From positions 18,802 through 82,801 of the forward strand of contig CANFCB010000002.1 of the NCBI GenBank assembly GCA_947445025.1: a stretch of 64,000 nt of DNA. The letters run 5' to 3'. The notes under the pieces were generated by a model that did no database searches, was not told the origin of the DNA, and saw only the letters and a program-made list of their open reading frames with translations. The stretch is from Myxococcales bacterium. GTDB taxonomy: Bacteria; Myxococcota; UBA727; JABDBI01. Every line of letters starts with the position of its first letter. Position 1 is the first letter of the stretch. Positions 53,870 through 63,139 of the stretch are shown piece by piece. The position numbers and the translations under genes were made by a program.

Positions 53870-54721
53870 TTAAGAAAGATGATGCCGGTATGCTGCAACA
53901 GTATTTTCTAGCAGCATGGAAATGGTCATGGGGCCTACACCTCCAGGCACCGGCGTGATAGCCGCTGCTTTGTTTTTGACAGCATCAAAATCTACGTCGC
54001 CAACCAGAGTGCCATCTTCTAGCTTATTGATGCCGACATCAATGATAACCACGCCTTCTTTGACGTCGCCTTCGCCAATTAGATGGGGGATACCCGTGGC
54101 GGTAATTAGAATATCTGCTTGTCTAGTATGTTCGCGCAAATTGCGCGTATTGCTATGGCAAATGGTTACAGTTGCATCGGTATTGAGCATCATATAAGCC
54201 ATGGGCTTACCGACGATTATGCTGCGTCCGACAATGACCGCGTGTGCGCCTAGGAGTTTGCTTTTGGATGCTTGAATCAAATACATGCAACCTTTAGGCG
54301 TGCAGGGGAGAAAGCGCGGGTGGCCTAAAGACAATTTGCCAATATTTTCCGGATGAAATCCATCGACGTCTTTGTCAGGATTGACCGCATAGATAACCAA
54401 GCTGGTGTCGATGTGCGCTGGCAAAGGTAGTTGCACTAAAATGCCATCAACCTCGCCCTGGTTATTTAACTCTTCAATCAGGGTGAGTAATTCCAATTGA
54501 GTAGTTTGAGTAGGTAGATCATATTTAAAACTTTTGATACCGACGTCATCTGCTCGTTTTCTTTTGTTGCGCACATAAACAGCACTGGCAGGATCGTTAC
54601 CTAGTAAGATGGTGGCAAGTCCTGGCGCTCTAAATCCTTTTTGCCGATAACTTGCGACTTCATTTTTTAGTCCATCGAGAATTTGGCGGGACATGGCTTT
54701 TCCGTCGAGAATCTGTGTCAT
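53870..54721 (-). CDS. folD: bifunctional 5,10-methylene-THF dehydrogenase / methenyl-THF cyclohydrolase
   Basis: ILDGKA, YVRNKRK, GILVQLPLP, VDGFHP, VVGRSIIVGKP and PVPGGVGPMT are present. Confidence 0.95.
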   Translation of the reverse strand: MTQILDGKAMSRQILDGLKNEVASYRQKGFRAPGLATILLGNDPASAVYVRNKRKRADDVGIKSFKYDLPTQTTQLELLTLIEELNNQGEVDGILVQLPLPAHIDTSLVIYAVNPDKDVDGFHPENIGKLSLGHPRFLPCTPKGCMYLIQASKSKLLGAHAVIVGRSIIVGKPMAYMMLNTDATVTICHSNTRNLREHTRQADILITATGIPHLIGEGDVKEGVVIIDVGINKLEDGTLVGDVDFDAVKNKAAAITPVPGGVGPMTISMLLENTVAAYRHHLS

Positions 54722-54744
54722 GCATCGTCACCTTTTAAAAACTT

Positions 54745-54779
54745 GAAAAAGCTGGCTACGCTGTCCATGCCGCTTTTTT
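54745..54779. promoter_or_regulatory. terminator-like hairpin in the 154-bp divergent folD / sulP-CA leader region
   Basis: The stem aaaaagc(t)ggc / gccgcttttt (10 bp, one bulge) has a 12-nt loop. T-runs follow it on both strands. It ends 25 nt upstream of the folD ATG on the minus strand. Confidence 0.3.
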
Positions 54780-54875
54780 TAGTAACATGCAATACACGTA
54801 GCACTAAGAGGTTTTGCGTTTTAGCCGAGAATCAACGTATTGTCCGAATGACAAATTATCGTAATAGCAACGTTC

Positions 54876-57134
54876 ATGAAAACAACTTATTTTCGTTTTG
54901 ATCTGGGCATTCGTTCTTTATTACCACAGTGGCGGTTGTTGATCGGAAAACTTTATTGGCGAGAAGATTTTTTTGCCGGCCTCACGCTTGCATTGGTAGC
55001 CGTTCCTCTGTCGCTGGCGATTGCGCTGGCTTCTGGTGTTGATCCGGCCATTGGGTTAATAACCGCGATCGTCGCCGGTATTGTTTGTGCTTTGTTCGGA
55101 GGAAATTCTATTTCTGTGAGCGGTCCTGCGGCTGCCATGGCAGTGATGGTTGGACTTGCCGTTGAAAAGTATGGAATGTCGGGGCTTATATTTATTGGCA
55201 TTATTTGTGGTTTGTTACAGATTGCTACTGGTGTATTTGGGCTAGGGCGTTTTGTTCGCTTGATGCCTATTGCCGTGATTGAAGGATTTACGGCTGGTAT
55301 CGGGGCCATTATTTTGATTGCTCAGTTGCCGCGAGCTTTCGGGTTGCCGGCTCCCAGTGAATCTCATACGATTGACGTCTTGGTTCATATAGGGACTTTG
55401 ATAGATGAAAGTAAGGGCGCTCCGGTTTTGGTTGCTGTGGGCGTTATTTTTCTCTTATGGATAATACCAAAAATATCGTCAAAGATTCCGTCGCCTCTTA
55501 TCGCCATTGCCGTCCCCAGTATGCTGGCAGCTTATTTTTTTGAAGGGCAATTGTTGCTGATTGGAGAGATTCCCAGAAGTTTGCCTCTTCCAAGCTTTCC
55601 GGTGTGGCCATCAGGAATTAGTTGGATTGAGCTGCTGGGGACAGCGGTTTTAATTTATGCTTTAGCTTCTTTGGAAACGCTATTGTCTTCGACAGCTGTC
55701 GACAAATTGGTGAGAGGACAGCATAGTGATTTAGACCAAGAATTAATTGGGCAGGGACTTGGTAATTTGGTTGTGCCTTTTTTCGGAGGGATTCCTGTGA
55801 CGGGCGTTATTGTTCGCTCGGCAACCAACGTCATGGCTGGGGCAAAAACCCGGCGTTCATCGATTATACATTCGTTAATTTTGGTGGCGACGGTATTGTT
55901 GCTGGCACCCTTGATTAGTCAAATTCCCATTGCTGCTTTAGCTGGTTTGCTTTTGTCTATCGCTGCTAGAATGATGAATCCGGAAAAATTTATTAATCTT
56001 TGGAATTTGTCTCGTTCAGATGCGGCAGTTTATGGCATTACTTTTTTGGTTATTGTATTTGTTGATTTACTGCAGGGTGTGCAGTGGGGATTAGTGGCGG
56101 CACTCGCTGTCGTTGCCCTGCAACTGGGAAGAACGCGGGTTCAATTTTATGGATCTGGCTCTGGTTCATCAGGTTCGTATCGCTTTGAATTGCAGGGACC
56201 ATTAACGTTTCTGTCTTCACTCAAAATAGATGAATTAAAAAGTCACGTAGCTGAGCTAGATGGAGGACGTGGAATTACTATCGATATGCATGCGGTCACA
56301 GAAATTGATGGCTCAGGTGCGGAGATGTTGCTAGAATTAATTCATGAACTGCTTGAACGCGGCCTTAAAGTTGCTGTCTTAGATTTACCAGAGAAAGAAA
56401 AGGCTTTCTTAATTTCGGCTGATTCTTCAGGAAGAATATCCAAGCTAATTGCTTCAACCGAGCAAGAGTTAATGCAAATATTGGAAGGAAGTATTTCAGG
56501 CGATCCGGCTTTAAGGCTCGAAAAGGGCCTGAATCGGTTTCTTAAAGATGAGCGGCATCGTTATAAAAAATTATTTGGTGAATTGGCCCATGGTCAGTCT
56601 CCTCATACACTTTTTATTACCTGTTCAGACAGTCGCATTCAGCCGAATTTGATGACATCGACGGACCCGGGCGAGCTGTTTATTGTTCGAAACGTAGGGA
56701 ATATGATTCCAAAGTGTGCAGAGGGTGAAGTTTTTGCAGAATCAGCTGCCGTTGATTTTGCCGTGGGTATCTTGGGTGTTCGCGAGATTGTGGTTTGTGG
56801 TCATTCGAGTTGTGGAGCGATGCAAGCTTTGCATGGTCGTCAAGAGCTACCGAGTAATCTAAAAAATCTAGAAGCTTGGCGAAAAGCTACGGTACAGAAT
56901 GAAGCCTATCATTCATTACCGGCAGCAATGCCGATTGACGAAGTAGCGCGTATTAATGCTTTGCATCAACTTGACAATTTGCGCTCCTATCCACTGGTTC
57001 GTGAGAAGGAGCAGGCCGGCGTTCTAAAACTCCATGCTTGGTTCTTTGAGATTGCCAACGGGGAAGTTGAAATTTGGTCTTCGGATAGAAAAAAGTATTT
57101 TAGGCATTCTGAGTCTTTGAAGATGAGAAACTAA
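54876..57134 (+). CDS. SulP/SLC26 anion transporter fused to a STAS domain and a C-terminal beta-carbonic anhydrase
   Basis: SulP TM core (DFFAGLTLALVAVPLSLAIALASGV..., VTGVIVRSATNVMAGAKTR). The STAS segment is YRFELQGPLTFLSSLKI...GSGAEMLLEL. The beta-CA part has PHTLFITCSDSRIQP, VRNVGN and VVCGHSSCGAM. Confidence 0.9.
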   Translation: MKTTYFRFDLGIRSLLPQWRLLIGKLYWREDFFAGLTLALVAVPLSLAIALASGVDPAIGLITAIVAGIVCALFGGNSISVSGPAAAMAVMVGLAVEKYGMSGLIFIGIICGLLQIATGVFGLGRFVRLMPIAVIEGFTAGIGAIILIAQLPRAFGLPAPSESHTIDVLVHIGTLIDESKGAPVLVAVGVIFLLWIIPKISSKIPSPLIAIAVPSMLAAYFFEGQLLLIGEIPRSLPLPSFPVWPSGISWIELLGTAVLIYALASLETLLSSTAVDKLVRGQHSDLDQELIGQGLGNLVVPFFGGIPVTGVIVRSATNVMAGAKTRRSSIIHSLILVATVLLLAPLISQIPIAALAGLLLSIAARMMNPEKFINLWNLSRSDAAVYGITFLVIVFVDLLQGVQWGLVAALAVVALQLGRTRVQFYGSGSGSSGSYRFELQGPLTFLSSLKIDELKSHVAELDGGRGITIDMHAVTEIDGSGAEMLLELIHELLERGLKVAVLDLPEKEKAFLISADSSGRISKLIASTEQELMQILEGSISGDPALRLEKGLNRFLKDERHRYKKLFGELAHGQSPHTLFITCSDSRIQPNLMTSTDPGELFIVRNVGNMIPKCAEGEVFAESAAVDFAVGILGVREIVVCGHSSCGAMQALHGRQELPSNLKNLEAWRKATVQNEAYHSLPAAMPIDEVARINALHQLDNLRSYPLVREKEQAGVLKLHAWFFEIANGEVEIWSSDRKKYFRHSESLKMRN

Positions 57135-57149
57135 TGATCCTGGTCGCTC

Positions 57150-57584
57150 TCAAAGTGGACCATAAAGATAAAGATGACCGAGATGGCATTCAGCTTCGAG
57201 ATATCTAGGATTACCGTCACGGTCTTTGGAAATTGGTAATTTTAAAGCTACGAGTTTTTGCGTGTACATAAAAGAAGCTTGTGTTAGAAGCCTGCCTGAA
57301 CTTTTAACTGTCAAATAATGAACGGGAGTCAAGCCTGATGCATGATAATTAGGGACTAAACTAATTTCAATATTTGCAACACCTAAACTTGAAATATCAA
57401 ATTCATAAGGATCTGACAAAGGTCCCCGATTATTTAAGTTGTATTTGACTGACTTTACAGTTCCAGTCTCATTCGAAATCGACATATTACATTCAAACGG
57501 TTTCCAAATAGCAAAAGCAGAAGTTGAACAAAATAAAACGCCCAAGAAAGCAGATAAATGAATTAAACGCGTGCACCAAGCCAT
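57150..57584 (-). CDS. secreted hypothetical protein (144 aa)
   Basis: Signal peptide LIHLSAFLGVLFCSTSAFA and an RBS (gaggta). No family was recognised. Confidence 0.5.
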   Translation of the reverse strand: MAWCTRLIHLSAFLGVLFCSTSAFAIWKPFECNMSISNETGTVKSVKYNLNNRGPLSDPYEFDISSLGVANIEISLVPNYHASGLTPVHYLTVKSSGRLLTQASFMYTQKLVALKLPISKDRDGNPRYLEAECHLGHLYLYGPL

Positions 57585-57759
57585 TTTTACTACCTCGCAT
57601 ATTTAACCAGAGATTAGTCCGCTGGTTATGAATACTAAGATTGATATACGCAAAGAATGGAATTTGGATTACTCTTCATTTCAGGTTTTGCAGTCGTTCA
57701 CGCCACCGTGGTTGTTATGAAAGCGTTGGCTCACTACTGTCCAGGCCGTTTTGAGGGAT

Positions 57760-58743
57760 TTAGTCCCTGTTCTGGTCTAATTTATCGTCGGGATCAGGCG
57801 GAGGAATGGGCAGAGGTGGCTGGACTGGAGGAAATAGCAATGACACAGCAATCGCACCCCCAAGGAGCACAGCAACAACAGCTAGCGAAACAACAATAGG
57901 GATTTTGAAAAAACCACTGATCAACATTTTGGTTCCGACAAAGGCAAGCACCAGCGCCAGACCTACCCTCAAGTAGTGAAATTTTCCCATCACTCCGGCA
58001 AGTGCAAAATAAAGTGCGCGAAGACCAAGCATGGCAAAAACATTCGACGTGTATACAATAAATGGATCCGACGTCACTGCGAAAATGGCAGGAATGGAAT
58101 CGACTGCAAAAATGAGATCCGTCACTTCAATCGTTACCAGAACCAAAAGGAGCGGAGTGGCGTATCTACGTCCAGATTCGATGACTACGAAGGCCGCTCC
58201 TCGGTAATCGGTGGTCATGGGTACAAAGCGTTTGAAGAGCCGAATAAGGAAATTGTTTTCTGGGTGAACCTCCGTTGACCGTTGAATCAGTAGCTTGACG
58301 CCTGTCCAAATAAGCAGCGCCCCAAAAGGATAAATGATCCAATGATATCTCTGTAGGAGCACGGCTCCGACGCCGATGAAGATTACCCGCATGACTAAGG
58401 CGCCTAGAATTCCCCAAAATAGCACGCGATGTTGAAATGCTTTGGGCACAGAGAAGTAAGAAAAAATTACGAGGAATATGAAGAGGTTGTCGATAGAAAG
58501 TGCTTTTTCAATGAAGTAGCCAGTAAGGAATTCGAGCGCTCGCTCAGCTCCAAACCAATTCCAGACACCAAGGTTGAATATGAGCGCAAGGCCAACCCAA
58601 AAGACTGTCCAACCAATGGCCTCGCGCATGCCAACTTCGTGGGCTTTGCGATGAAATACGGCTAGATCAAGCACCAGCATGCCCAGAACAAATAAAGTGA
58701 AGCCAGCCCATAATAGCGGTGTTCCGATAGTGACTATTTCCAT
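57760..58743 (-). CDS. TerC-family integral membrane protein, copy 2 (paralog of 17577..18536)
   Basis: It is about 85% identical at protein level to copy 1 by eye, including the PPVQPPLPIPPPDP tail. The real start, MEIVTIG, is at ATG 58743. The ORF track's longer N-terminus overlaps the upstream CA fragment. Confidence 0.9.
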   Translation of the reverse strand: MEIVTIGTPLLWAGFTLFVLGMLVLDLAVFHRKAHEVGMREAIGWTVFWVGLALIFNLGVWNWFGAERALEFLTGYFIEKALSIDNLFIFLVIFSYFSVPKAFQHRVLFWGILGALVMRVIFIGVGAVLLQRYHWIIYPFGALLIWTGVKLLIQRSTEVHPENNFLIRLFKRFVPMTTDYRGAAFVVIESGRRYATPLLLVLVTIEVTDLIFAVDSIPAIFAVTSDPFIVYTSNVFAMLGLRALYFALAGVMGKFHYLRVGLALVLAFVGTKMLISGFFKIPIVVSLAVVAVLLGGAIAVSLLFPPVQPPLPIPPPDPDDKLDQNRD

Positions 58744-58756
58744 AATCCGCAGATCC

Positions 58757-59431
58757 TCAAATTTGAGTTTTCTCGTCTTCAGCAACAAAGCAAGAATCGG
58801 GAATTTCACCGCTCACTTCCGCCAGAGGAAGGAATTGATTTTCGATGGGATTATAGGCGAAAACTTCGCCAGTTGGAATTTTATATATCCAGCCGTAGAG
58901 ATGGAGTTTTCCCTCAGCTAAACGCGCCGCAACGGCTGGGTGCGTACGAAGATTCTCGAGTTGCAAAAGAACATTTTCTTGAACGGCGATGTTTAAATGT
59001 TCGTCCTCAGTTCTGTCTGTGTAATTTTCATTCAACAGTTAACGCGTAGTCTCCGCATGGCCAAGCCATTTCGTAAGGGCTGGTAAATTGCGTGAAAGCT
59101 CCGGGTTCAAAACAGCTTTTATGGCACCGCAATTTGAATGACCACAAACGACAATGTGTTCGATCCCAAGCCCGGCGACGGCAAATTCAATGGTGGCAGC
59201 CTCTCCACCTACTAAATCTGTGTAGTTTGGAACAATGTTACCGGCATTTCTAAGGATAAAAATTTCGCCAGGCTTGGCCTGTGTGAGCATATTTGGGTTA
59301 ATACGCGAATCTGAGCACGTAATGAACAAAGTGTGAGGTGTTTGAGACGTTGCTAACCTGGCAAACAGTTCTTGATGCGTTCCAAAAACTTCTTGCTGAA
59401 ACTTGTGAACACCTTGGATGAGTTTTTTCAT
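58757..59431 (-). pseudogene. beta-carbonic anhydrase interrupted by an in-frame TAA
   Basis: The fragments 59431..59039 (PHTLFITCSDSRINP, LRNAGN, VVCGHSNCGA) and 59035..58757 (ENVLLQLENLRTHPAVAARL...LHLYGWIY) are in the same frame. Only a TAA at 59039-59041 separates them (reading ...GHAETTR*LLNENY...). Confidence 0.75.
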
Positions 59432-59454
59432 GTTTGTCTTTTCTCCTCAATTTT

Positions 59455-61007
59455 TTAAGCTACTTCTGAAAGATCGGTTGCTAAGTATTCTTTTTGCTGA
59501 CGAAATAACGGCGTACCATTGAGGTACTGGAGTTTATTCCAATCAAGGTGAACTCGTCCACCGCGCGCCTTGAAGTTTTTCTCCCAGTCGGCAATCACTT
59601 GTAGACTTGCGTGATCCACGTAATGAAACGATTCTAGAACAAAATGGACTTCACGGTGCGGAGGAATAGTACCAAGGGTGCGCAATAGCTTAGGCAATCG
59701 CAAGAAGGTCGCAGAACCCTCGAGAAGAACTTTGGTTTCAGACAAATTTTCTTCGCTGATGAGTTTAACGTGTAGATGGGTGAAGGTCCACACAATTTTA
59801 ATAATGGCTAATACGAATCCGAAGAGCACTCCTTTTAAAAGATCCGTCGTGACAATTCCTGCTACCGTAGCGAAAAAAATGTAGACCCCCGACTATCCAG
59901 ATCGTTGCAATGAGCGAAGGTCCTGCTTCATCAACTTGTAGCCAGTGAAGACAAGGAGTGCAGCAAGTGATGCGATGGGAATCAATTGCAGGACAAAAGG
60001 AGCAGTGGCTACGAGAAATAACAGCCAGATACCGTGAAGAATAGCTGAAAGACGCGTTCGTGCTCCAGCCGAAACGTTTGCCGAACTACGAACAATGACT
60101 CCAGTCATCGGCAAGGCGCCAAATAGACCACAAACTGTGTTACCAAGCCCTTGAGCGATCAGTTCACGATTGTAATCAGTGCGGCTACCTGTGTGCATTC
60201 GATCCACTGCGGTGGCACATAGAAGTGACTCCGCGCTCGCAATGGCGGCAAGGGCGAGTGCCAGTCCTACCATGTTCCACGACATCATCGATAACGCGTC
60301 GAAGTGGGTGAACGAAATAGTACCGAAAAGATTTTCTGGAATCGACACGTGCGCGGCTGAAAATCCTCCGATATTATAAATAAATGAAACAAAGGTCACA
60401 GCGATAAGAGCGCTGGGGACGACTTTGAATTTGGTAAATCGCTTAACAAACATTTCCCAGGCGATGAGAGTAGACAAAGTGAGTATACTCAGCATGGCTG
60501 CATCGTCATGGTTTGGATGAGTGAGGCCCTTCCAAATTGACTCTGGGATCGTGAGAAAGTTCTCAAGGCCTGAACCGCTAGGGCGTGCGTCGACCATGAA
60601 ATGGAATTGGCTGGCGAAAATCAACGCCCCTATGCCAGCGAGCATCCCATAGATTACGGCAGGTGGTACACATTGTAATAATGGGCCAAGACGTGCAAAA
60701 CCAAAGATGACTTGAAAGGCGCCTGCGAGCAAAACGATAGGGCCAAGTGCTGCAATACCGTGGTCTTGAATGATGGCCCATACGATCATCGTCAAGCCCG
60801 CCGCGGGTCCACTAACTTGAAGAGGAGAGCCAGCTATCATGCCAACGAGGATTCCTCCAACCATGCCGGTAATAAGCCCCGCAGCCGGAGGTGCTCCAGA
60901 TGCGATTGCGATTCCCATGTGCACAAGGGAAGCGCGACCAAAAACACGACTACGGAGGCGAGGAGATCGCGAGATCCATTTTGCTTGATCGAGTCTGTGA
61001 TCTTCAT
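59455..61007 (-). pseudogene. SulP/SLC26 transporter plus STAS with a 5' frameshift and an in-frame TAG
   Basis: ATG 61007 (ATGA overlap with the arsR stop) opens MKITDSIKQNGSRDLLASVVVFLVALPLC. The frame then shifts at ~60918-60923, and the conserved continuation MGIAIASGAPP lies in another frame. Further on, ...LRSLQRSG-TAG(59893-59895)-SGVYIFFATVAGIVTTDLLKGVLFGF... continues in the same frame into the STAS part. Confidence 0.75.
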
Positions 61008-61375
61008 GCTTCGCTCCCTTCTGGCGCCGTAGACCAGGCTATGCGCGCTTTCTTTGATGCATCTGCCACTTCTTGAGCTCGATCCGCTTCCTTCATGATG
61101 ATCTCAAGCCCAGCATCAAGCCATTCTGCAAGCTGAGGATAGCAGAGGCGATAGATTACGTGGCGCCCTTCTCGACGTTCTGTCACAAGATGAAGCAATC
61201 GAAGGCGATTGAGCTGTTGAGAAATGATCGGCTGGGCGACTCTCAGAGCAGCGGCCAAGGAGGCGACATCGCGTTCGCCTAACCTAAGTTCCTCGATGAT
61301 GAGTAAGCGTTGCGGGTGAGCGAGTGCTCCTAATAATGTTCCAAGTTCTCGGGCAGCTGTAAGTCGATATGGCAT
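61004..61375 (-). CDS. ArsR/SmtB-family transcriptional regulator (no obvious metal-binding Cys motif)
   Basis: LAHPQRLLIIEELRLGERDVASLAAALRVAQPIISQQLNRLRLLHLVTERREGRHVIYRL is a winged-HTH pattern. Confidence 0.85.
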   Translation of the reverse strand: MPYRLTAARELGTLLGALAHPQRLLIIEELRLGERDVASLAAALRVAQPIISQQLNRLRLLHLVTERREGRHVIYRLCYPQLAEWLDAGLEIIMKEADRAQEVADASKKARIAWSTAPEGSEA

Positions 61376-61385
61376 GCAACCTCAT

Positions 61386-61405
61386 ACATATAGATATCTG
61401 TATAT
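61386..61405. promoter_or_regulatory. imperfect 10+10 inverted repeat (acatatagat|atctgtatat), candidate ArsR operator
   Basis: 8 of 10 positions are symmetric and it is centred on AGATATCT. It lies 11-30 nt upstream of the arsR ATG, a typical location for ArsR/SmtB autoregulatory sites. Confidence 0.35.
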
Positions 61406-61570
61406 CTCAATACGACGATCGGCAGAGATTTGGACTTGCCGGACTAACAATTCTTGATGGAGGATCTCTTTTTTTGTTGAGCTTGTGCGTTTTGATTGCT
61501 GGCAATTGGCTGGCTTTCCAAGTTTTTGTACTCGCTTGATGCCGGGCATAAAACGTGACAGAAACGGGCT

Positions 61571-63124
61571 ATGAATAACAATAAAGTAGCCATTATTGAT
61601 TTTGGTTCGCAGACAACTCAGCTAATTGCCCGGCGGGTTCGCGAGCTTGGAGTGTACTGTGAGATTTTTCCGTGCACGGCTTTAAGTGACAGGATTAAAA
61701 ACTTTGCGCCGGCAGCGATTATTTTATCGGGTGGCCCAGCCTCGGTTGGTCAAAAGTTTTCTCCTAAAATGCCGCTGGGTCTAACTGATTTAAATAAACC
61801 AATTTTAGGGATTTGTTACGGAATGCAGCTTTTTGTAAGTGCCCATGGTGGCAAGGTGAATGCCGCCGAGCATGGTGAGTTTGGCCGCGCAGAAATCACC
61901 ACTTCTGCCGCTTGCTTGTTGTTTAAAGATTTGCCTGCAGATTTGACAGTGTGGATGAGTCACGGCGATCAAGTTGCTGATCTTCCCATTAGCTTTGAGA
62001 CCATCGCGCAAAGTGCTACTTGTCCGCATGCGGCGGTTTTTTTTCCGGCCGCTAAGTTTTTTGGTGTGCAATTTCATCCGGAAGTTGCGCATACGGCGGA
62101 TGGCAAAAAAATCTTAGCAAACTTTTTGTTTGAAATTGCGGGTCTGGTTGCCTCATGGGAAATGGGTTCGTTTTTGCAAGAGCAAAAAGATCGCATTCAA
62201 AAGCAGGTCGGAAAAAATCAAGTTTTAATGGCGCTCTCCGGTGGTGTTGATTCTTCAGTTGCCGCCACTTTGATTCATAAAGCCATTGGTGATCAGTTAA
62301 CTTGTGTCTACGTTGATACTGGTCTTGGTCGCTTAAATGAAACTCTGGATGTCGAAAATCTTTTTAAAGACCAGTTACATATTGATTTGCATATTGTTGA
62401 CGCAAAAGCCCAATTTTATGACGCGCTCTTGGGTGTGACCGATCCTGAGCAAAAAAGAAAAATAGTGGGCAATTTGTTCATTGATATTTTTACGCTGGAA
62501 GCAAAAAAGCGCAACCAGATTCAATTTTTAGGGCAAGGCACGCTTTATCCTGACGTCGTGGAATCTGTTTCAGCCCATGGCGGTCCCAGTGCCGTGATTA
62601 AAAGCCATCATAACGTAGGCGGGCTGCCTGAAGATATGCCTTTTCAATTAGTCGAGCCCTTGCGAGAATTATTTAAAGACGAAGTCAGGATTTTGGGATT
62701 ATTGCTGGGCTTGCCTAAAAAACTTATCGAACGACAACCATTTCCAGGTCCAGGACTCGCGATTCGTATTTTGGGAGAAGTGACACTAGATAGATGCCAG
62801 GTTTTGCAAAAAGCCGACTTTATTGTTCGTGAAGAAATTGACATGGCGATTGCGCAAAAAGAAATTCACCAAGTATTGTGGCAGTGGTTTGCTGTGCTTT
62901 TACCGGTGCGCAGTGTCGGCGTGATGGGCGATGGTCGAACTTATGGTGAAACCATTGCGGTGCGTTGCGTTGAAAGCATTGATGGCATGACGGCTGACTG
63001 GGTTGATTTGCCTAAATCAATCCTAGGCCGCATTTCCAATCGCCTGATTAACGAGGTCAGAGGTATTAGCCGCGTGGTTTACGATATTAGTTCTAAACCG
63101 CCTGCCACAATTGAGTGGGAATAG
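61571..63124 (+). CDS. guaA: GMP synthase (glutamine-hydrolysing)
   Basis: The GATase domain shows ILGICYGMQL and QFHPE. The ATP-PPase P-loop is ALSGGVDSSV. The C-terminus ends in KPPATIEWE. Confidence 0.95.
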   Translation: MNNNKVAIIDFGSQTTQLIARRVRELGVYCEIFPCTALSDRIKNFAPAAIILSGGPASVGQKFSPKMPLGLTDLNKPILGICYGMQLFVSAHGGKVNAAEHGEFGRAEITTSAACLLFKDLPADLTVWMSHGDQVADLPISFETIAQSATCPHAAVFFPAAKFFGVQFHPEVAHTADGKKILANFLFEIAGLVASWEMGSFLQEQKDRIQKQVGKNQVLMALSGGVDSSVAATLIHKAIGDQLTCVYVDTGLGRLNETLDVENLFKDQLHIDLHIVDAKAQFYDALLGVTDPEQKRKIVGNLFIDIFTLEAKKRNQIQFLGQGTLYPDVVESVSAHGGPSAVIKSHHNVGGLPEDMPFQLVEPLRELFKDEVRILGLLLGLPKKLIERQPFPGPGLAIRILGEVTLDRCQVLQKADFIVREEIDMAIAQKEIHQVLWQWFAVLLPVRSVGVMGDGRTYGETIAVRCVESIDGMTADWVDLPKSILGRISNRLINEVRGISRVVYDISSKPPATIEWE

Positions 63125-63139
63125 TTTTTTAAAAATTTG

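Noticed and set aside
58757-61007. In-frame TAG and TAA stops inside conserved genes raised the possibility of stop-codon reassignment or programmed readthrough.
   Set aside because: The other genes in the window terminate normally at TAA, TAG or TGA in sensible positions. The same locus also has a frameshift. Pseudogenisation or sequencing error is therefore the simpler explanation.
57600-61570. The ArsR-SulP-CA-TerC block might be a horizontally acquired island with defined borders.
   Set aside because: It only looks somewhat GC-richer by eye. I found no flanking direct repeats, tRNA or integrase. It is kept as a hypothesis inside the pseudogene finding rather than annotated as a mobile element.
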